In this document: piece by piece, positions 1 through 10,124 of the stretch
How positions within the stretch are numbered: position 1 is the first letter of the stretch
Layout: each line of letters begins with the position of its first letter
Source of the DNA: an uncultured delta proteobacterium
Lineage (GTDB): Bacteria; Myxococcota_A; Polyangia; Palsa-1104
Length of the DNA stretch: 64,000 bases
Assembly (NCBI GenBank): GCA_963785725.1
Contig: CAWAWS010000007.1
Location: 576,001-640,000, forward strand
Direction of reading: 5' to 3'
Notes under the pieces: model-generated
Database searches by the model: none
What the model saw: the letters and a program-made list of their open reading frames with translations, nothing else
What the model was told of the DNA's origin: nothing
Program-made: the position numbers and the translations under genes

Positions 1-206
1 TGGAGCATCAAGTGGCGGCGCTCGAGCGGCTGCGGCTGGCGGCGCTGCGGCATCGGTCGGTCGACGCGGCGCGGCTCGGCGCCGAGCTGCAGCCGGTCGT
101 CGACGAGCTGGCGCAAGCGGGCGGCGACTTCGACATCGCGTCGGACGCGCTCGCCGAAGCGTCTACTGACACAATGGTGGCAGGAGTGTTGCCGCCTCGA
201 TCTTGA
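1..206 (+). CDS. 3' end of a hypothetical helical protein (partial)
   Basis: Frame is open from the window edge (EHQVAALERLRLAALR...) to TGA at 204-206, with GC3-rich codons. Confidence 0.6.
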   Translation, partial: EHQVAALERLRLAALRHRSVDAARLGAELQPVVDELAQAGGDFDIASDALAEASTDTMVAGVLPPRS

Positions 207-237
207 TGGTTGGCAACGGCCGTCCTATGCTGCGCTC

Positions 238-1080
238 ATGTTCAAATCGGCTCTCGTTCTGACGATCGCAATCGGGCTGCCCGGCGCAGCGTGGGCCGAC
301 GAGGCCGACGCGCACTATCGATCGGGCCTCGCCTACAAGCAGCAGAACAAGACCGACGAAGCCATCCAAGAGTTCATGCTCGCCATCAAGCAGCGGCCGG
401 ACTACGCGGCGGCCGAGTTCTCGCTCGGCGTCACCTATAAGATGAGAAACCAGCTGAACGAGGCGGCCGAGCACCTCGAGAAGGCGGTCAAGCTGCAGCC
501 GAAGACGGCCGACGCGCACGCCAGCCTGGGCATGGCCTACTACAAAATGGGGCGCATCGACGACGCGCAGAAGCAGCTGGAGCAGGCGGTCGAGATCAAC
601 GCCAACGAGGCCAGCTGGCAGTATTCGCTCGGCAAAATCTACCGCGACAAGAAGGATTTCGGTAAAGCGATCCCGCACTTGGAGCAGGCGGTGCTGCTCG
701 ATCCCAAGGACGCGAACGGGCTGTCGAACTTGGGCGTGGCCTATCGGCAGACGAACAAGAACGACGAAGCGGCGAAGTACTTCTTGAAGGCGATCGAGCT
801 CAAGCCGGACGTGGCCGAGTTTCACTTCAACTTGGCGGTCGTCTATCGGCGGCAGCAAAAGACGAATGAGGCGATCAGCGAGTATCAGAAGGCGATCGCC
901 ATCGACGGCAAGATGGCCGACGCGCACCACGATCTCGGCGTCCTGTTCGCGCAGCTCAAGCGCAACGACGAAGCGATCGAGCAGTGGAACGACTATATCG
1001 ACTTGAAGGCGCAGCAAGATCCGAAGCAGGCGGCGATCATTCGCCAGCACGTCAAAGACCTCGGCGGCACGCCACATTAA
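238..1080 (+). CDS. Secreted tetratricopeptide repeat protein
   Basis: Signal peptide ending AWA-D, then consecutive TPR motifs (e.g. AHASLGMAYYKMGRIDDAQKQLEQAV). Confidence 0.9.
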   Translation: MFKSALVLTIAIGLPGAAWADEADAHYRSGLAYKQQNKTDEAIQEFMLAIKQRPDYAAAEFSLGVTYKMRNQLNEAAEHLEKAVKLQPKTADAHASLGMAYYKMGRIDDAQKQLEQAVEINANEASWQYSLGKIYRDKKDFGKAIPHLEQAVLLDPKDANGLSNLGVAYRQTNKNDEAAKYFLKAIELKPDVAEFHFNLAVVYRRQQKTNEAISEYQKAIAIDGKMADAHHDLGVLFAQLKRNDEAIEQWNDYIDLKAQQDPKQAAIIRQHVKDLGGTPH

Positions 1081-1083
1081 TAG

Positions 1084-1635
1084 ATGCTGCGCTGGCTAGC
1101 TCTGGCGCTCGTCGGTGCCGCCGTGTGCACCGTGGGCGATCATCTGCACGCGACCCACGGCGTGCTCTATTACGCGCATCCCGTCGTCTGGGATCAGGCG
1201 TGGTGGGTGCCGTTGTTGTTCGCGGGCGCGTCGCTGGCGGCGGTGGCGGGCGCGACCTTGCCGCGGCGGCTGCTCGGCTCGCGCGACGAGCGGCCGGCGA
1301 CGGGGCGCGAGATGGCCGGCGACGGGATCGCGTTCGCGACGGCGTATGCAATCACGTCGTTCTTGCCGGCCGATCGTCCGAACGTGACGCTGGCACTGCT
1401 GGCGGCATGGTGGCTCGGGCGGGTCGTGCGCGGTCGGGCGACGTGGCTGATCGTGTATTCGCTGATCATGGCCGTGTCGGGCACGGCGTTCGAGGCCGGC
1501 TGGTCGGCGCTCGGCTTCTTCTTCTATCGTCATCCCGACTTCGCGGGCGTGCCGCGTTGGCTGCCCGGCATCTACTTGCACGCCGCGCTGATCGCCGGCC
1601 CGCTCGAACGCACGCTGCGCGGCCCCGACCGCTAG
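1084..1635 (+). CDS. Integral membrane protein, bacterial INSIG-like (MvINS-like)
   Basis: About 6 hydrophobic segments; GDHxHxxxG..Y, WxPLL, GxAxE...LGxFxY and GVxxxLxxxY motifs match the mycobacterial Insig homologue as I recall it. Confidence 0.7.
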   Translation: MLRWLALALVGAAVCTVGDHLHATHGVLYYAHPVVWDQAWWVPLLFAGASLAAVAGATLPRRLLGSRDERPATGREMAGDGIAFATAYAITSFLPADRPNVTLALLAAWWLGRVVRGRATWLIVYSLIMAVSGTAFEAGWSALGFFFYRHPDFAGVPRWLPGIYLHAALIAGPLERTLRGPDR

Positions 1636-1692
1636 CTCGCTCTGCCGAAGTCACCGACGTGCGATCGAAAGCCGTCGCGCTCCGAGGTTTCG

Positions 1693-3051
1693 CTATTCGA
1701 TGAGCGCGTCGAGGGCGGCGCTGACGTCGCGCACGCCGACGAGCTCCAGCTCCGGCTTGCCGGGCAGGCGCGAGCGCGACAGCTCGGGCAGCACGCAGCG
1801 ACGGAAGCCGAGCTTGCGCGCCTCGGCCAGCCGCAGCTCGACGTTGCCGACGGCGCGCACTTCGCCGGCCAAGCCGACCTCGCCGAAGCAGAGCGTCTGC
1901 GCGTCGACCGGCCGGCCGCGCGCCGATGACGCCACCGCCGCCAGCACGCCCAAGTCGCTCGCCGGCTCCGACAGGCGCACGCCGCCCGCGACGTTGACGA
2001 ACACATCCTGCCCGAGCACGTCGATGCCCGCGCGTCGCTCGATGACCGCGAGCAGCATCGAGACGCGGTTCGGGTCGATGCCGAGCGCCGTGCGTCGCGG
2101 CATGCCCGCCGCGTGCGCCACGAGCGCCTGAATCTCCACCAAGATCGGCCGCGAGCCCTCGACCGACGCGACGACGACCGAGCCCGGCGCGTTCAGCGGT
2201 CGCTCGGCCAAGAACAGCGCCGACGGATTCGTCACCTCGCCCAACCCTTCGGCGCGCATCTCGAAGACGCCCATCTCGTTCGTCGAGCCGAAGCGATTCT
2301 TCGTCGTGCGCAACACGCGATAGTTGTGCGTCCGCTCGCCTTCGAAATAGAGGACGCAGTCGACGACATGCTCGAGCGTCTTCGGACCCGCCAAGCCGCC
2401 ATCTTTCGTGACGTGACCGACGAGGATGACGGGCACGTTGCGGCCCTTGGCATACGTCAACAGCCGGCCGGCGGCTTCGCGCACTTGAGCGAGCGAGCCG
2501 GGGATCGACTCGAGCGCCGCCGAATGCATCGTCTGCACCGAGTCGACCGCGAGCACCGCCGGCTTCAGCGACTCGGCTTCGGCCAGCACGCGCTCGAGCT
2601 GCGTCTCGGCCAAGACGTGCAGCGCCGCCGTCTTGATGCCGAGCCGCGCCGCGCGCAGCGCCGTCTGCTGCACCGATTCCTCGCCCGAGACGTACAGGAC
2701 CTTCTTGCCCGAGCGCGCCAAGCCGTCGAGCGCCTGCAACAGCAGCGTCGACTTGCCGATGCCGGGCTCGCCGCCGAGCAACACGAGCGAGCCGGCGACG
2801 ACGCCGCCGCCGAGCACGCGGTCGAGCTCGCCGATGCCGCTCGACAGCCGCGGCGCGTGGTCGATGGCGACGTCACCGATCGAGCGCGGCTTGTCCGACG
2901 ACGTGACCGAGCCGGCAGGCTTGGCGTCGCTCGTGCCGCCGACCTCCTCGACGAGCGAATTCCACTCGCCGCATTCGGGACAGCGGCCGAGCCACTTGGT
3001 CGACGAATAGCTGCAGCTTTGACAGACGAAGCGCGCGCTCGTTTTGGCCAC
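1693..3051 (-). CDS. radA: DNA repair protein RadA/Sms
   Basis: N-terminal C4 zinc finger (CQSC...CPEC), Walker A GEPGIGKS, KNRFG motif, Lon-like C-terminus (GEVGLAGEVR). Confidence 0.98.
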   Translation of the reverse strand: MAKTSARFVCQSCSYSSTKWLGRCPECGEWNSLVEEVGGTSDAKPAGSVTSSDKPRSIGDVAIDHAPRLSSGIGELDRVLGGGVVAGSLVLLGGEPGIGKSTLLLQALDGLARSGKKVLYVSGEESVQQTALRAARLGIKTAALHVLAETQLERVLAEAESLKPAVLAVDSVQTMHSAALESIPGSLAQVREAAGRLLTYAKGRNVPVILVGHVTKDGGLAGPKTLEHVVDCVLYFEGERTHNYRVLRTTKNRFGSTNEMGVFEMRAEGLGEVTNPSALFLAERPLNAPGSVVVASVEGSRPILVEIQALVAHAAGMPRRTALGIDPNRVSMLLAVIERRAGIDVLGQDVFVNVAGGVRLSEPASDLGVLAAVASSARGRPVDAQTLCFGEVGLAGEVRAVGNVELRLAEARKLGFRRCVLPELSRSRLPGKPELELVGVRDVSAALDALIE

Positions 3052-3118
3052 GCGAGATTATCGGCGAGTCGAACGAGAAGTTGCGCGGAATCGGCGGAGA
3101 ATTGCGAAGCAGCGAGCG

Positions 3119-4972
3119 CTAGAACTTGACGATGAGGCGCGCCTGGAACGTCTGCGCGATGTTCGGCGACGACTTCTGATACTGCGTGCCGTAAATGTCG
3201 CCGGGAATGCCCAAGGCCGCGAACGGGAAGAGCACGCCGTAGACGAGACCGGCGTAAAAGCCCTCTTCTTCGTTCTTGTACATGAGCTGACCGTCGATCT
3301 CGAGGCCGAGGTTGTAGCTGTTGCCGGGATAGCCGACGGGGTGGTTGGCCAGCGCGTACATCAAATCGACGCGGGCGCCGAAGTTGTCGATGATGTCGTA
3401 GCTGACGCCGGGCTTGAAGTAGGTCGCGTTCGAGACCGTGCCCAAGATGCGGCGGAACAAGATCAAGTCGACGTGATAGTCGGGATCGAAGCTGAAGCGC
3501 CCGATCTGATTGTTGATCGGCGCGTACGTCGCGTGCTGGAAGTTGGTGATGGCGTTGGGATCTTCCGAGTCGTCGCCCGAGGCGTAGCCGACCTCGAAGA
3601 AGATCTTGAGCGCGTCGTGGAGCAGCTTGTAGTCGGCTTTGGCGACGAAGCCGCCGGTCAAGATGCGCGTCGAGCCCTTGTAGCTGGCGCCGTAGATGTC
3701 GCTCAGGTTGCCGATGGTGCCGACCTGCATCGCGCCTTCAGCCTCGATGTGCAGCTTCTTCCAGTTGAGGCGCAGCCAAATGTCGGGGATGAACTCCTTG
3801 GCGTGGCGCGGATGCAAGCCGGCCTGCAGCGACTGCTCGGTGTTGCCGCTGAGCGCGAGCGAGCCCGTCTGATCCCAATCTTGCTGGCGATAGATGAAGT
3901 AGCCGCCGTAGTTGAAGACGATCTTGCCGGCGTCGAGCTTCTCGCGCAGCTCGTCGGGCTTGTCCTGCTTGCCGAGCGCCAAGGCCCACTGCGAGACGTC
4001 GTCGAGCGTGTCGGCGTTGTAGAAGACGCCCTGGCCTTGCTGTGGGCCGATGATCTGCGTCGTCGGGCCGGTGGCGACCCAATCCCACATGAAGGCGATG
4101 AAGTGGCCCCACAGCTTCGACGCGAACATGACGCGGTCGACGTTCTGGCCGTAGTCGCAGTCGAAGCAGTCGCCGTTGTTGATGAACATGCCGGTGCCCC
4201 ATTCGTTGGGCATGCGGCCGAAGCGCAGCTCACCGAAGGGCGTGCGCACTTCGGCCCAGGCGCGCTTGGCGACGATGGAGTTGGTGACGGCGTTGACGCC
4301 GGCGGTCTGCGTTTGTGCGCTGGTGGAGCCGAAGACGTAGGGCACGTCGCCCGACTTCGTGGCCGCGCCGCCCGACGCGCCGGCGTTGTTGAGGTAATAG
4401 CCCTGCGGCGTCGAGCCGAGGACCATGTTGTCGAAGACGTCGAACTGCGCGTGGACGCGGACCTGCTCGGTGACGTTGATGGTCGGCTCGAGGCGCATGC
4501 GCATGTCGGCCGACGTCAGATTGTCGGTGCGGCAGTTGGTGTTGTTACGCTGCGCGCAGCTCGAGGCCGGGTTGAGCGGGTTGGACTTCTCGCCGGTCGA
4601 GCCGAACTCACTGTAGGGAACGGGGAACGACGCTTTGGGGCCGAGCGTCTGGTTCCAGATGCCGAGGTTGAGCTCGTGGAAGAGGTACGAGCGGAAGCGC
4701 AAATAGCCGTGCAGCTCGAAGAATTGCAGCGTCTTTTCATGCTGCTGCGGCCACGCCGGCAACGGCTGCAGCGCTGGGTTTTCCTCCTGCTGATTGGGCG
4801 TTTCCTCGGCCGGGCCTTCCTCTTTTTCCGGCGGTTGCTGCGGTCCGCCCATGCCACCTTGGCCACCTGGGCGCCCCATGCCGCCGCCGGCACCGCCACC
4901 ACCAAACTGTGCGAACGCCGGCGTCGCCGTCGCTAACAACGCAGGAATCAGCAACACGGACCAGCGGCGCAT
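3119..4972 (-). CDS. TIGR04551-family outer-membrane beta-barrel protein
   Basis: ATG 4972 has an upstream GGAG; signal peptide (AFA-Q), Gly/Pro linker, ELHGYLRFR, CFDCDYG, amphipathic strands, terminal Phe (RLIVKF). Confidence 0.8.
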   Translation of the reverse strand: MRRWSVLLIPALLATATPAFAQFGGGGAGGGMGRPGGQGGMGGPQQPPEKEEGPAEETPNQQEENPALQPLPAWPQQHEKTLQFFELHGYLRFRSYLFHELNLGIWNQTLGPKASFPVPYSEFGSTGEKSNPLNPASSCAQRNNTNCRTDNLTSADMRMRLEPTINVTEQVRVHAQFDVFDNMVLGSTPQGYYLNNAGASGGAATKSGDVPYVFGSTSAQTQTAGVNAVTNSIVAKRAWAEVRTPFGELRFGRMPNEWGTGMFINNGDCFDCDYGQNVDRVMFASKLWGHFIAFMWDWVATGPTTQIIGPQQGQGVFYNADTLDDVSQWALALGKQDKPDELREKLDAGKIVFNYGGYFIYRQQDWDQTGSLALSGNTEQSLQAGLHPRHAKEFIPDIWLRLNWKKLHIEAEGAMQVGTIGNLSDIYGASYKGSTRILTGGFVAKADYKLLHDALKIFFEVGYASGDDSEDPNAITNFQHATYAPINNQIGRFSFDPDYHVDLILFRRILGTVSNATYFKPGVSYDIIDNFGARVDLMYALANHPVGYPGNSYNLGLEIDGQLMYKNEEEGFYAGLVYGVLFPFAALGIPGDIYGTQYQKSSPNIAQTFQARLIVKF

Positions 4973-5049
4973 TCGTCTCTCCAGAAGGAACGCCATCATC
5001 AAAGAGGCGCGACTATAGGTAGGCTTCCCGGTACCGTCAAGGACGGGCT

Positions 5050-8000
5050 ATGATGGCAACCGGGATGGATCATCGACGAGCGGCTTGGGTTGCCTGTGCG
5101 ATGATCTTCGTTGCCGGCTGTCATGGCCCGAACGCGGTTTTGCTGACCGTGACCGCGGACGCCAAGGTCGAGCAATATCAGCTGTTCGTCCACGATGACG
5201 ACGCCGATCAGGTGGTCTATTCGAGCGGCTTTTCGACGCCGGGCTCGCCGCCGCTCGATCTGACCGTCGACAAGCTGAAGCTGGCGCTCAAGCTGTCGCG
5301 CGGCGGGCACTTCACGTTGTTGTTGGTCGGCGTCATCGGCGAAATCGCCAACGGCAAACCGTCGAGCGGCGCGACTGTGCTCTTTTGGGGCGGCAAAGTC
5401 CACGTCAACGGCACGATGGACGTGGACGCCCATATGTTGACCGTGCCCGCGGGCGACGACGCCGACGGCGACTATTGGCCCGACGCCGGCCCGTTCATGC
5501 AGCACGTGCCGGCCGCGGCGCAGCTCTACGCCGGCAAGACCAACGTGCTCGACTGCGACGACAAGCTCGACGACCCGCCCAACGCGAGCGGCGTCGCCAT
5601 CATGATCAAGGCCTCGCAGATCAACCCGTTCGCCACCGAGATTTGCGGCGACGGCTATGACGAGGACTGCAACGGCAACGCCGACGAAGCGTGCGTCGAC
5701 AAAGACGGCGATCACGACGTCAAAGGCCACGACTGCGACGACGGCGACGCCAAGCGCCATCATCCGACCGACATCGATCCGTTCCCCGATCCGCCCAATT
5801 GCTGCGGCTACAGCCTCGGCAAGGACGGCACCAGCGACGCCTTCACCAACTTCTTGGGCCAGCCTTTGTGCCCGACGAAGCGCTGCGGCGACGGCATCGA
5901 CGAGAGCTGCCGCGCCGTCGCCAACGACCCGAAGAACGACACCACCTGCATCGTCGACAACGACTGCGACGGCTATCCGGCGCCGCCGCAGGGTGACGAC
6001 TGCGACGACAACGACCCGACCGTGCATCCGGGCGCTTACGAGCCGTGCGGGTCGACGCGGGATCTCAACTGCAACGGCACCATCGGCGAAGGCTGCGTGC
6101 CCTGCGACCTCGACGGCGACGGCTTCGAGCGCGTCGACGCCACCAACGGCTGCCCCGACGTCAACGACAAGCACAAGGGCATGGTCGACTGCAACGACGA
6201 CGACTCGGCGGTCTATCCGGGCGCGACGCTGAAGGCCGGCGGCACCGAGGGCGGCGTCAGCTCCATCAGCAAGGTCGCCGTCGGCTTACTCGGGTTTTGC
6301 CGCGGCTTTTACGAGCCGGGCGGTCCGATGAGCGTCGGCGGCACGGGCAAGATCAACGCGTTCGGCGGGCTCGTCGGCGACGCCGATTGCAACGGCGTGG
6401 CCTACGAAGGCTGCCCGGCGACGGTCGATCCCGGCTGCGACCTCGATGGCGACGGCTGGCCGGGCGTGCAGACGAGCAACGGCAAGAACTGCAACCCACT
6501 CAACGTGCAGCTCGACTGCGACGACACCGATCCGACGACTTATCCGTCGGCGCCGGCGAACTGCAAGTCGGCGACGGCCAAAGATTGCGGCTCGCCGCTG
6601 ACCGATTGCACCGGCGATCTCGACGGCGACGGCTATGTCGGCACGCCGAATGGGCCCGACTGCGACGACAAGAACGCGGCCGTGCATCCGTTCGCGGTCG
6701 AGCTGTGCAACGGCGTCGACGACGACTGCGATGGCTTCATCGACGAGGGCAACCCCGATCCGTCGGGCAAGCCGCTGGTGACCGCCGGCGCGCCGACCAG
6801 CTGCACCGACTCCAACACCGGCGAGTGCGCCAAGACGTTGGGCGCGTGCGTGTGCTCGATCGCGCAGCCGGTCATCGATCCGCTGCTGGCGACGCTGGCG
6901 ATGCCGCGCACGATGTGTCCGGGCGAAGGTACGACCGGCAAAGCGCCGAGCTGCTTCGGCGCCGGCCAGCCCAAGCCGCAGAGCTGCGACGCGACCAACC
7001 CCAAAGACGACGACTGCGACGGCCGCGTCGACGCGCCCGACGGCGTGCGCTTGGCCGTCAAAGGCATGACCTGCGGCATCAACGTCGGCCAATGCAAAGC
7101 GGGTCTCGTCACGGCGTGCGACATGACGAAGACCAACTGCTTCGAGGCCTTCGGTCGCACGGCCGCGTCGACGCAGTGGTACGTCTGCTCGACGGCGGCG
7201 CCCGATCCCATCACCGTCTGCCCGACCGCCGAGCTCTGCAACGGCCTCGACGACGACTGCGACGGCCACGTCCCCGGCGACACCAGCGGCGCGCCGCCGC
7301 CCGGCCCCAGCCTCGACGAGTTCGACCACGACAAAGACTTGTACATGGCGTGTAACACCTGCGCCGGGTTGACGTTGGCCGCGGGCCTCGTCGGCTGCAA
7401 CGACTGCAACGACGGCGATCCGACCGTGCATCCGGGCGCCACCGAGCTTTGCAACGGCATCGACGACGCCTGCGCCGGCGCCGGCTTCGTCGACGGCAAA
7501 GACGACTGCGGCAAAGGCGGCCACGCGACGCAGACGACCTGCTGCGGCAGCAACGGCTGCCGCAACATCGCCACCGATTTCACCTACTGCGGCTCCTGCA
7601 CCGCCAACACCTGCTCGGCGACGACGGCCAACATGTGCGCCGGCGGCGACTGCTCGTGCGGCGGCGGCGCCGCCTGCACCGGCGGGCTCACCTGCACCGG
7701 CAATCCCGGCAGCTGCACCGCCGGTCCCGGCTCGACCTGCATGGCCAACAGCGACTGCACGCCGCAAACCGGCCAAGCCGCCGGCCGCTGCATCGACGGC
7801 CACTGCTGCGCGTTGCCCGATACGTCGGCGAGCTGCGGCACTTGCAAGAGCTGCACGGGCGCCGGCGGCACGTGCACCAACGTGACGCCCGCCGGCACCG
7901 CCGCGCCGACGGACGGCTGCCCCGACGGCGCCGGCAACACCGTGTGCGACGGCAACGGCCGCTGCGTCAAGTCGAAGGGCGCGACCTGCGCCATCGGCAC

Positions 8001-8904
8001 CGACTGCTTCAGCGGCTTCTGCGCCGACGGCGTCTGCTGCGACACCGCCTGCACCGGCCAGTGCGAAGCCTGCAACTTGGGCGGCAAAGGCGGCACCTGC
8101 TCGGCCGTCACCGGCGCGCCCGTCACCGGCGACACGCCGTCGCGCACCGCCTGCACGACGGGCGCGAGCGAGTGCGCCGGCACCTGCGACGGCACCGACG
8201 CGCATCGCACCGCCTGCCAATATCCGGGCACCACCGTCGCCTGCCCGCAGGTCTGCACGCCCGGCACCGGCGGCGCCGCGGCGACGACGGCGACGCCCGA
8301 CTGCAACGGCATGGGCGCCTGCAGCGCGCCGGGCGCCGGCACGCCGTGCGCCAACAACAGTACCCGCTGCAACACCGCCAACACCGCCTGCCTCGCGCTC
8401 TGCACCGGCGACGGCGATTGCGCCACCGGCTACTACTGCGACGGCACCGGTGCCTGCGTGAAACAGAAGGCGAACGGCGATGCGTGCAGCGAGGCCGCGG
8501 GCGGCGCCGGCCAATGCCTGACCGCCAACTGCCGCGAATGCCCCGGCGGCAGCACCCGCTGCGTCGACGGCTTCTGCTGCAACACGACCTGCACCGGCGA
8601 CTGCCAGAATTGCGGCGCCGCCGATACCTCGCCGAAGGGCACGTGCGGCTTCAGCGTCATCGGCACGCCCGGCCGCAATTCCTGCGGCAGCAACCTCTTG
8701 TGCAGCGGCGCGGCCACGACCTGCCCGACCAGCTGCACCGTCGACACCGAGTGCACGACCGGCTTCTACTGCAACGCCACCGGCAAGTGCACCGCCGAGC
8801 TGACGTCGACGAGCGCGTGCGCGCCCGCCAACTGCTTCGGCACCAACAGCTGCCGCCAATGCCAAGGAGACCAGCCGTGCCCCGTCGGCCTCGTCTGCCC
8901 GTAG
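5050..8904 (+). CDS. Giant Cys-rich lipoprotein with MopE-like metal-binding repeats
   Basis: Lipobox VAGC; repeated DCDDxDxxVHPGAxExCNGxDDDCDG units, then CxDGxCCxxxCxGxCxxC disulfide-rich units. Confidence 0.9.
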   Translation: MMATGMDHRRAAWVACAMIFVAGCHGPNAVLLTVTADAKVEQYQLFVHDDDADQVVYSSGFSTPGSPPLDLTVDKLKLALKLSRGGHFTLLLVGVIGEIANGKPSSGATVLFWGGKVHVNGTMDVDAHMLTVPAGDDADGDYWPDAGPFMQHVPAAAQLYAGKTNVLDCDDKLDDPPNASGVAIMIKASQINPFATEICGDGYDEDCNGNADEACVDKDGDHDVKGHDCDDGDAKRHHPTDIDPFPDPPNCCGYSLGKDGTSDAFTNFLGQPLCPTKRCGDGIDESCRAVANDPKNDTTCIVDNDCDGYPAPPQGDDCDDNDPTVHPGAYEPCGSTRDLNCNGTIGEGCVPCDLDGDGFERVDATNGCPDVNDKHKGMVDCNDDDSAVYPGATLKAGGTEGGVSSISKVAVGLLGFCRGFYEPGGPMSVGGTGKINAFGGLVGDADCNGVAYEGCPATVDPGCDLDGDGWPGVQTSNGKNCNPLNVQLDCDDTDPTTYPSAPANCKSATAKDCGSPLTDCTGDLDGDGYVGTPNGPDCDDKNAAVHPFAVELCNGVDDDCDGFIDEGNPDPSGKPLVTAGAPTSCTDSNTGECAKTLGACVCSIAQPVIDPLLATLAMPRTMCPGEGTTGKAPSCFGAGQPKPQSCDATNPKDDDCDGRVDAPDGVRLAVKGMTCGINVGQCKAGLVTACDMTKTNCFEAFGRTAASTQWYVCSTAAPDPITVCPTAELCNGLDDDCDGHVPGDTSGAPPPGPSLDEFDHDKDLYMACNTCAGLTLAAGLVGCNDCNDGDPTVHPGATELCNGIDDACAGAGFVDGKDDCGKGGHATQTTCCGSNGCRNIATDFTYCGSCTANTCSATTANMCAGGDCSCGGGAACTGGLTCTGNPGSCTAGPGSTCMANSDCTPQTGQAAGRCIDGHCCALPDTSASCGTCKSCTGAGGTCTNVTPAGTAAPTDGCPDGAGNTVCDGNGRCVKSKGATCAIGTDCFSGFCADGVCCDTACTGQCEACNLGGKGGTCSAVTGAPVTGDTPSRTACTTGASECAGTCDGTDAHRTACQYPGTTVACPQVCTPGTGGAAATTATPDCNGMGACSAPGAGTPCANNSTRCNTANTACLALCTGDGDCATGYYCDGTGACVKQKANGDACSEAAGGAGQCLTANCRECPGGSTRCVDGFCCNTTCTGDCQNCGAADTSPKGTCGFSVIGTPGRNSCGSNLLCSGAATTCPTSCTVDTECTTGFYCNATGKCTAELTSTSACAPANCFGTNSCRQCQGDQPCPVGLVCP

Positions 8905-10124
8905 CGTCGCTGCTCGTCGCAGTCGTGGCGCTCGTCGCGGGCTGCGTGCCGGACACGGGCGAGCTCGTCGAAGTGCGCGGGCCGGCCAACGAGACGTCGC
9001 TGGCGGCCGGGATTACGACGCTCGATTTCGTCGTCGCGCATCAGTCGTCGTGCGGGCGTTGGGTCGGCGTGGCGCCGGCCAATCACACGCGCGTCGACGT
9101 CAAAGGGCGCGATCTGACGAAGCGTCCTTACGACTTCCTGATCGAGCCTACGCATCAGACCAACTTGGACGATCTCGTCTATGTCGCGGCGTTGGCCTAT
9201 GCGGACGATGGTCGGCTCGTCGGACAGGCGACGTTCGGCGCTCATCCGTTCGCGAAAGACAAGGTGTTGAAGCGCGTGCAGCACCTCGGGCTCTTCGGCT
9301 CGGCGTCGGTCGCCGGCGGGCCCAAATACGTGGCCGTCGACGGCTGCGTGTGCGCGCCCGGTCAGCCGTGGATCGGCACCGGCACCGGCACCGGCTGCGA
9401 CGTCGATGTCGTGACGACCTTCGCGCGCTTGGGCGACACGCTCGGCTGCGAATTGCCCGCCGGCGAGGCGCTGCCGGTCAAATGCGACGGCCAGCAATAT
9501 CCGAACGAAGTGCCCAACCGCGATCTGCCGTGCTGGGCCGCCGACGGCAACGGCGTCTGTCGTCTCGGCGTGCGCACGTGCGCCGATCAGGACGGCTTCG
9601 CGTACGACTCCGAGTGCAACACCGGCGGCAACGATCCGATGGCGCCGTCGAACGCCTTGTGCGCGCAGTATCTCGCGTGCGAGCAGACCGCGTGCGGCGA
9701 CGTGGCCGGCTGCTTCACGAGCGCGTTTACGACGAGCGCCAACGTCAAGTGCACCTTGCGGGTCGACCCGACGACGCTGGAAGGCGCGCCCATCAAACCG
9801 TGCGGCAGCGACATGACGTGGACGGCGGCGTTGCCGGGCAGCTCGGCGACCGACATGAGCTGCTTGGCGACGGTCGTGTTGGGCACGCAGCAGCCGCCGC
9901 TGACGGTCGGCCTGGTGCAGGCGATGACGATGGGCGCGCAGACGCGCGCGACCAGCTGTCCGGCGACGCTGCAGATCGACGCCATCGACGCGCCCTATCC
10001 GATGGCGCTGCCGGCGACGGAGACGGTCGATCTCGTGGTCGGCGATACGCTGACGCACGTGACGATCACGATCGTGCAGGAGTGCAGCGCCACCGACCCG
10101 TCGCTGGTATGCTCGCCGGCATGA
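8877..10124 (+). CDS. Cys-rich lipoprotein, hypothetical
   Basis: GTG at 8877 is preceded by AAGGAGA and overlaps the previous gene's end; lipobox LVAGC. This is the coding part of ORF 7449..10124. Confidence 0.8.
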   Translation: MPRRPRLPVASLLVAVVALVAGCVPDTGELVEVRGPANETSLAAGITTLDFVVAHQSSCGRWVGVAPANHTRVDVKGRDLTKRPYDFLIEPTHQTNLDDLVYVAALAYADDGRLVGQATFGAHPFAKDKVLKRVQHLGLFGSASVAGGPKYVAVDGCVCAPGQPWIGTGTGTGCDVDVVTTFARLGDTLGCELPAGEALPVKCDGQQYPNEVPNRDLPCWAADGNGVCRLGVRTCADQDGFAYDSECNTGGNDPMAPSNALCAQYLACEQTACGDVAGCFTSAFTTSANVKCTLRVDPTTLEGAPIKPCGSDMTWTAALPGSSATDMSCLATVVLGTQQPPLTVGLVQAMTMGAQTRATSCPATLQIDAIDAPYPMALPATETVDLVVGDTLTHVTITIVQECSATDPSLVCSPA

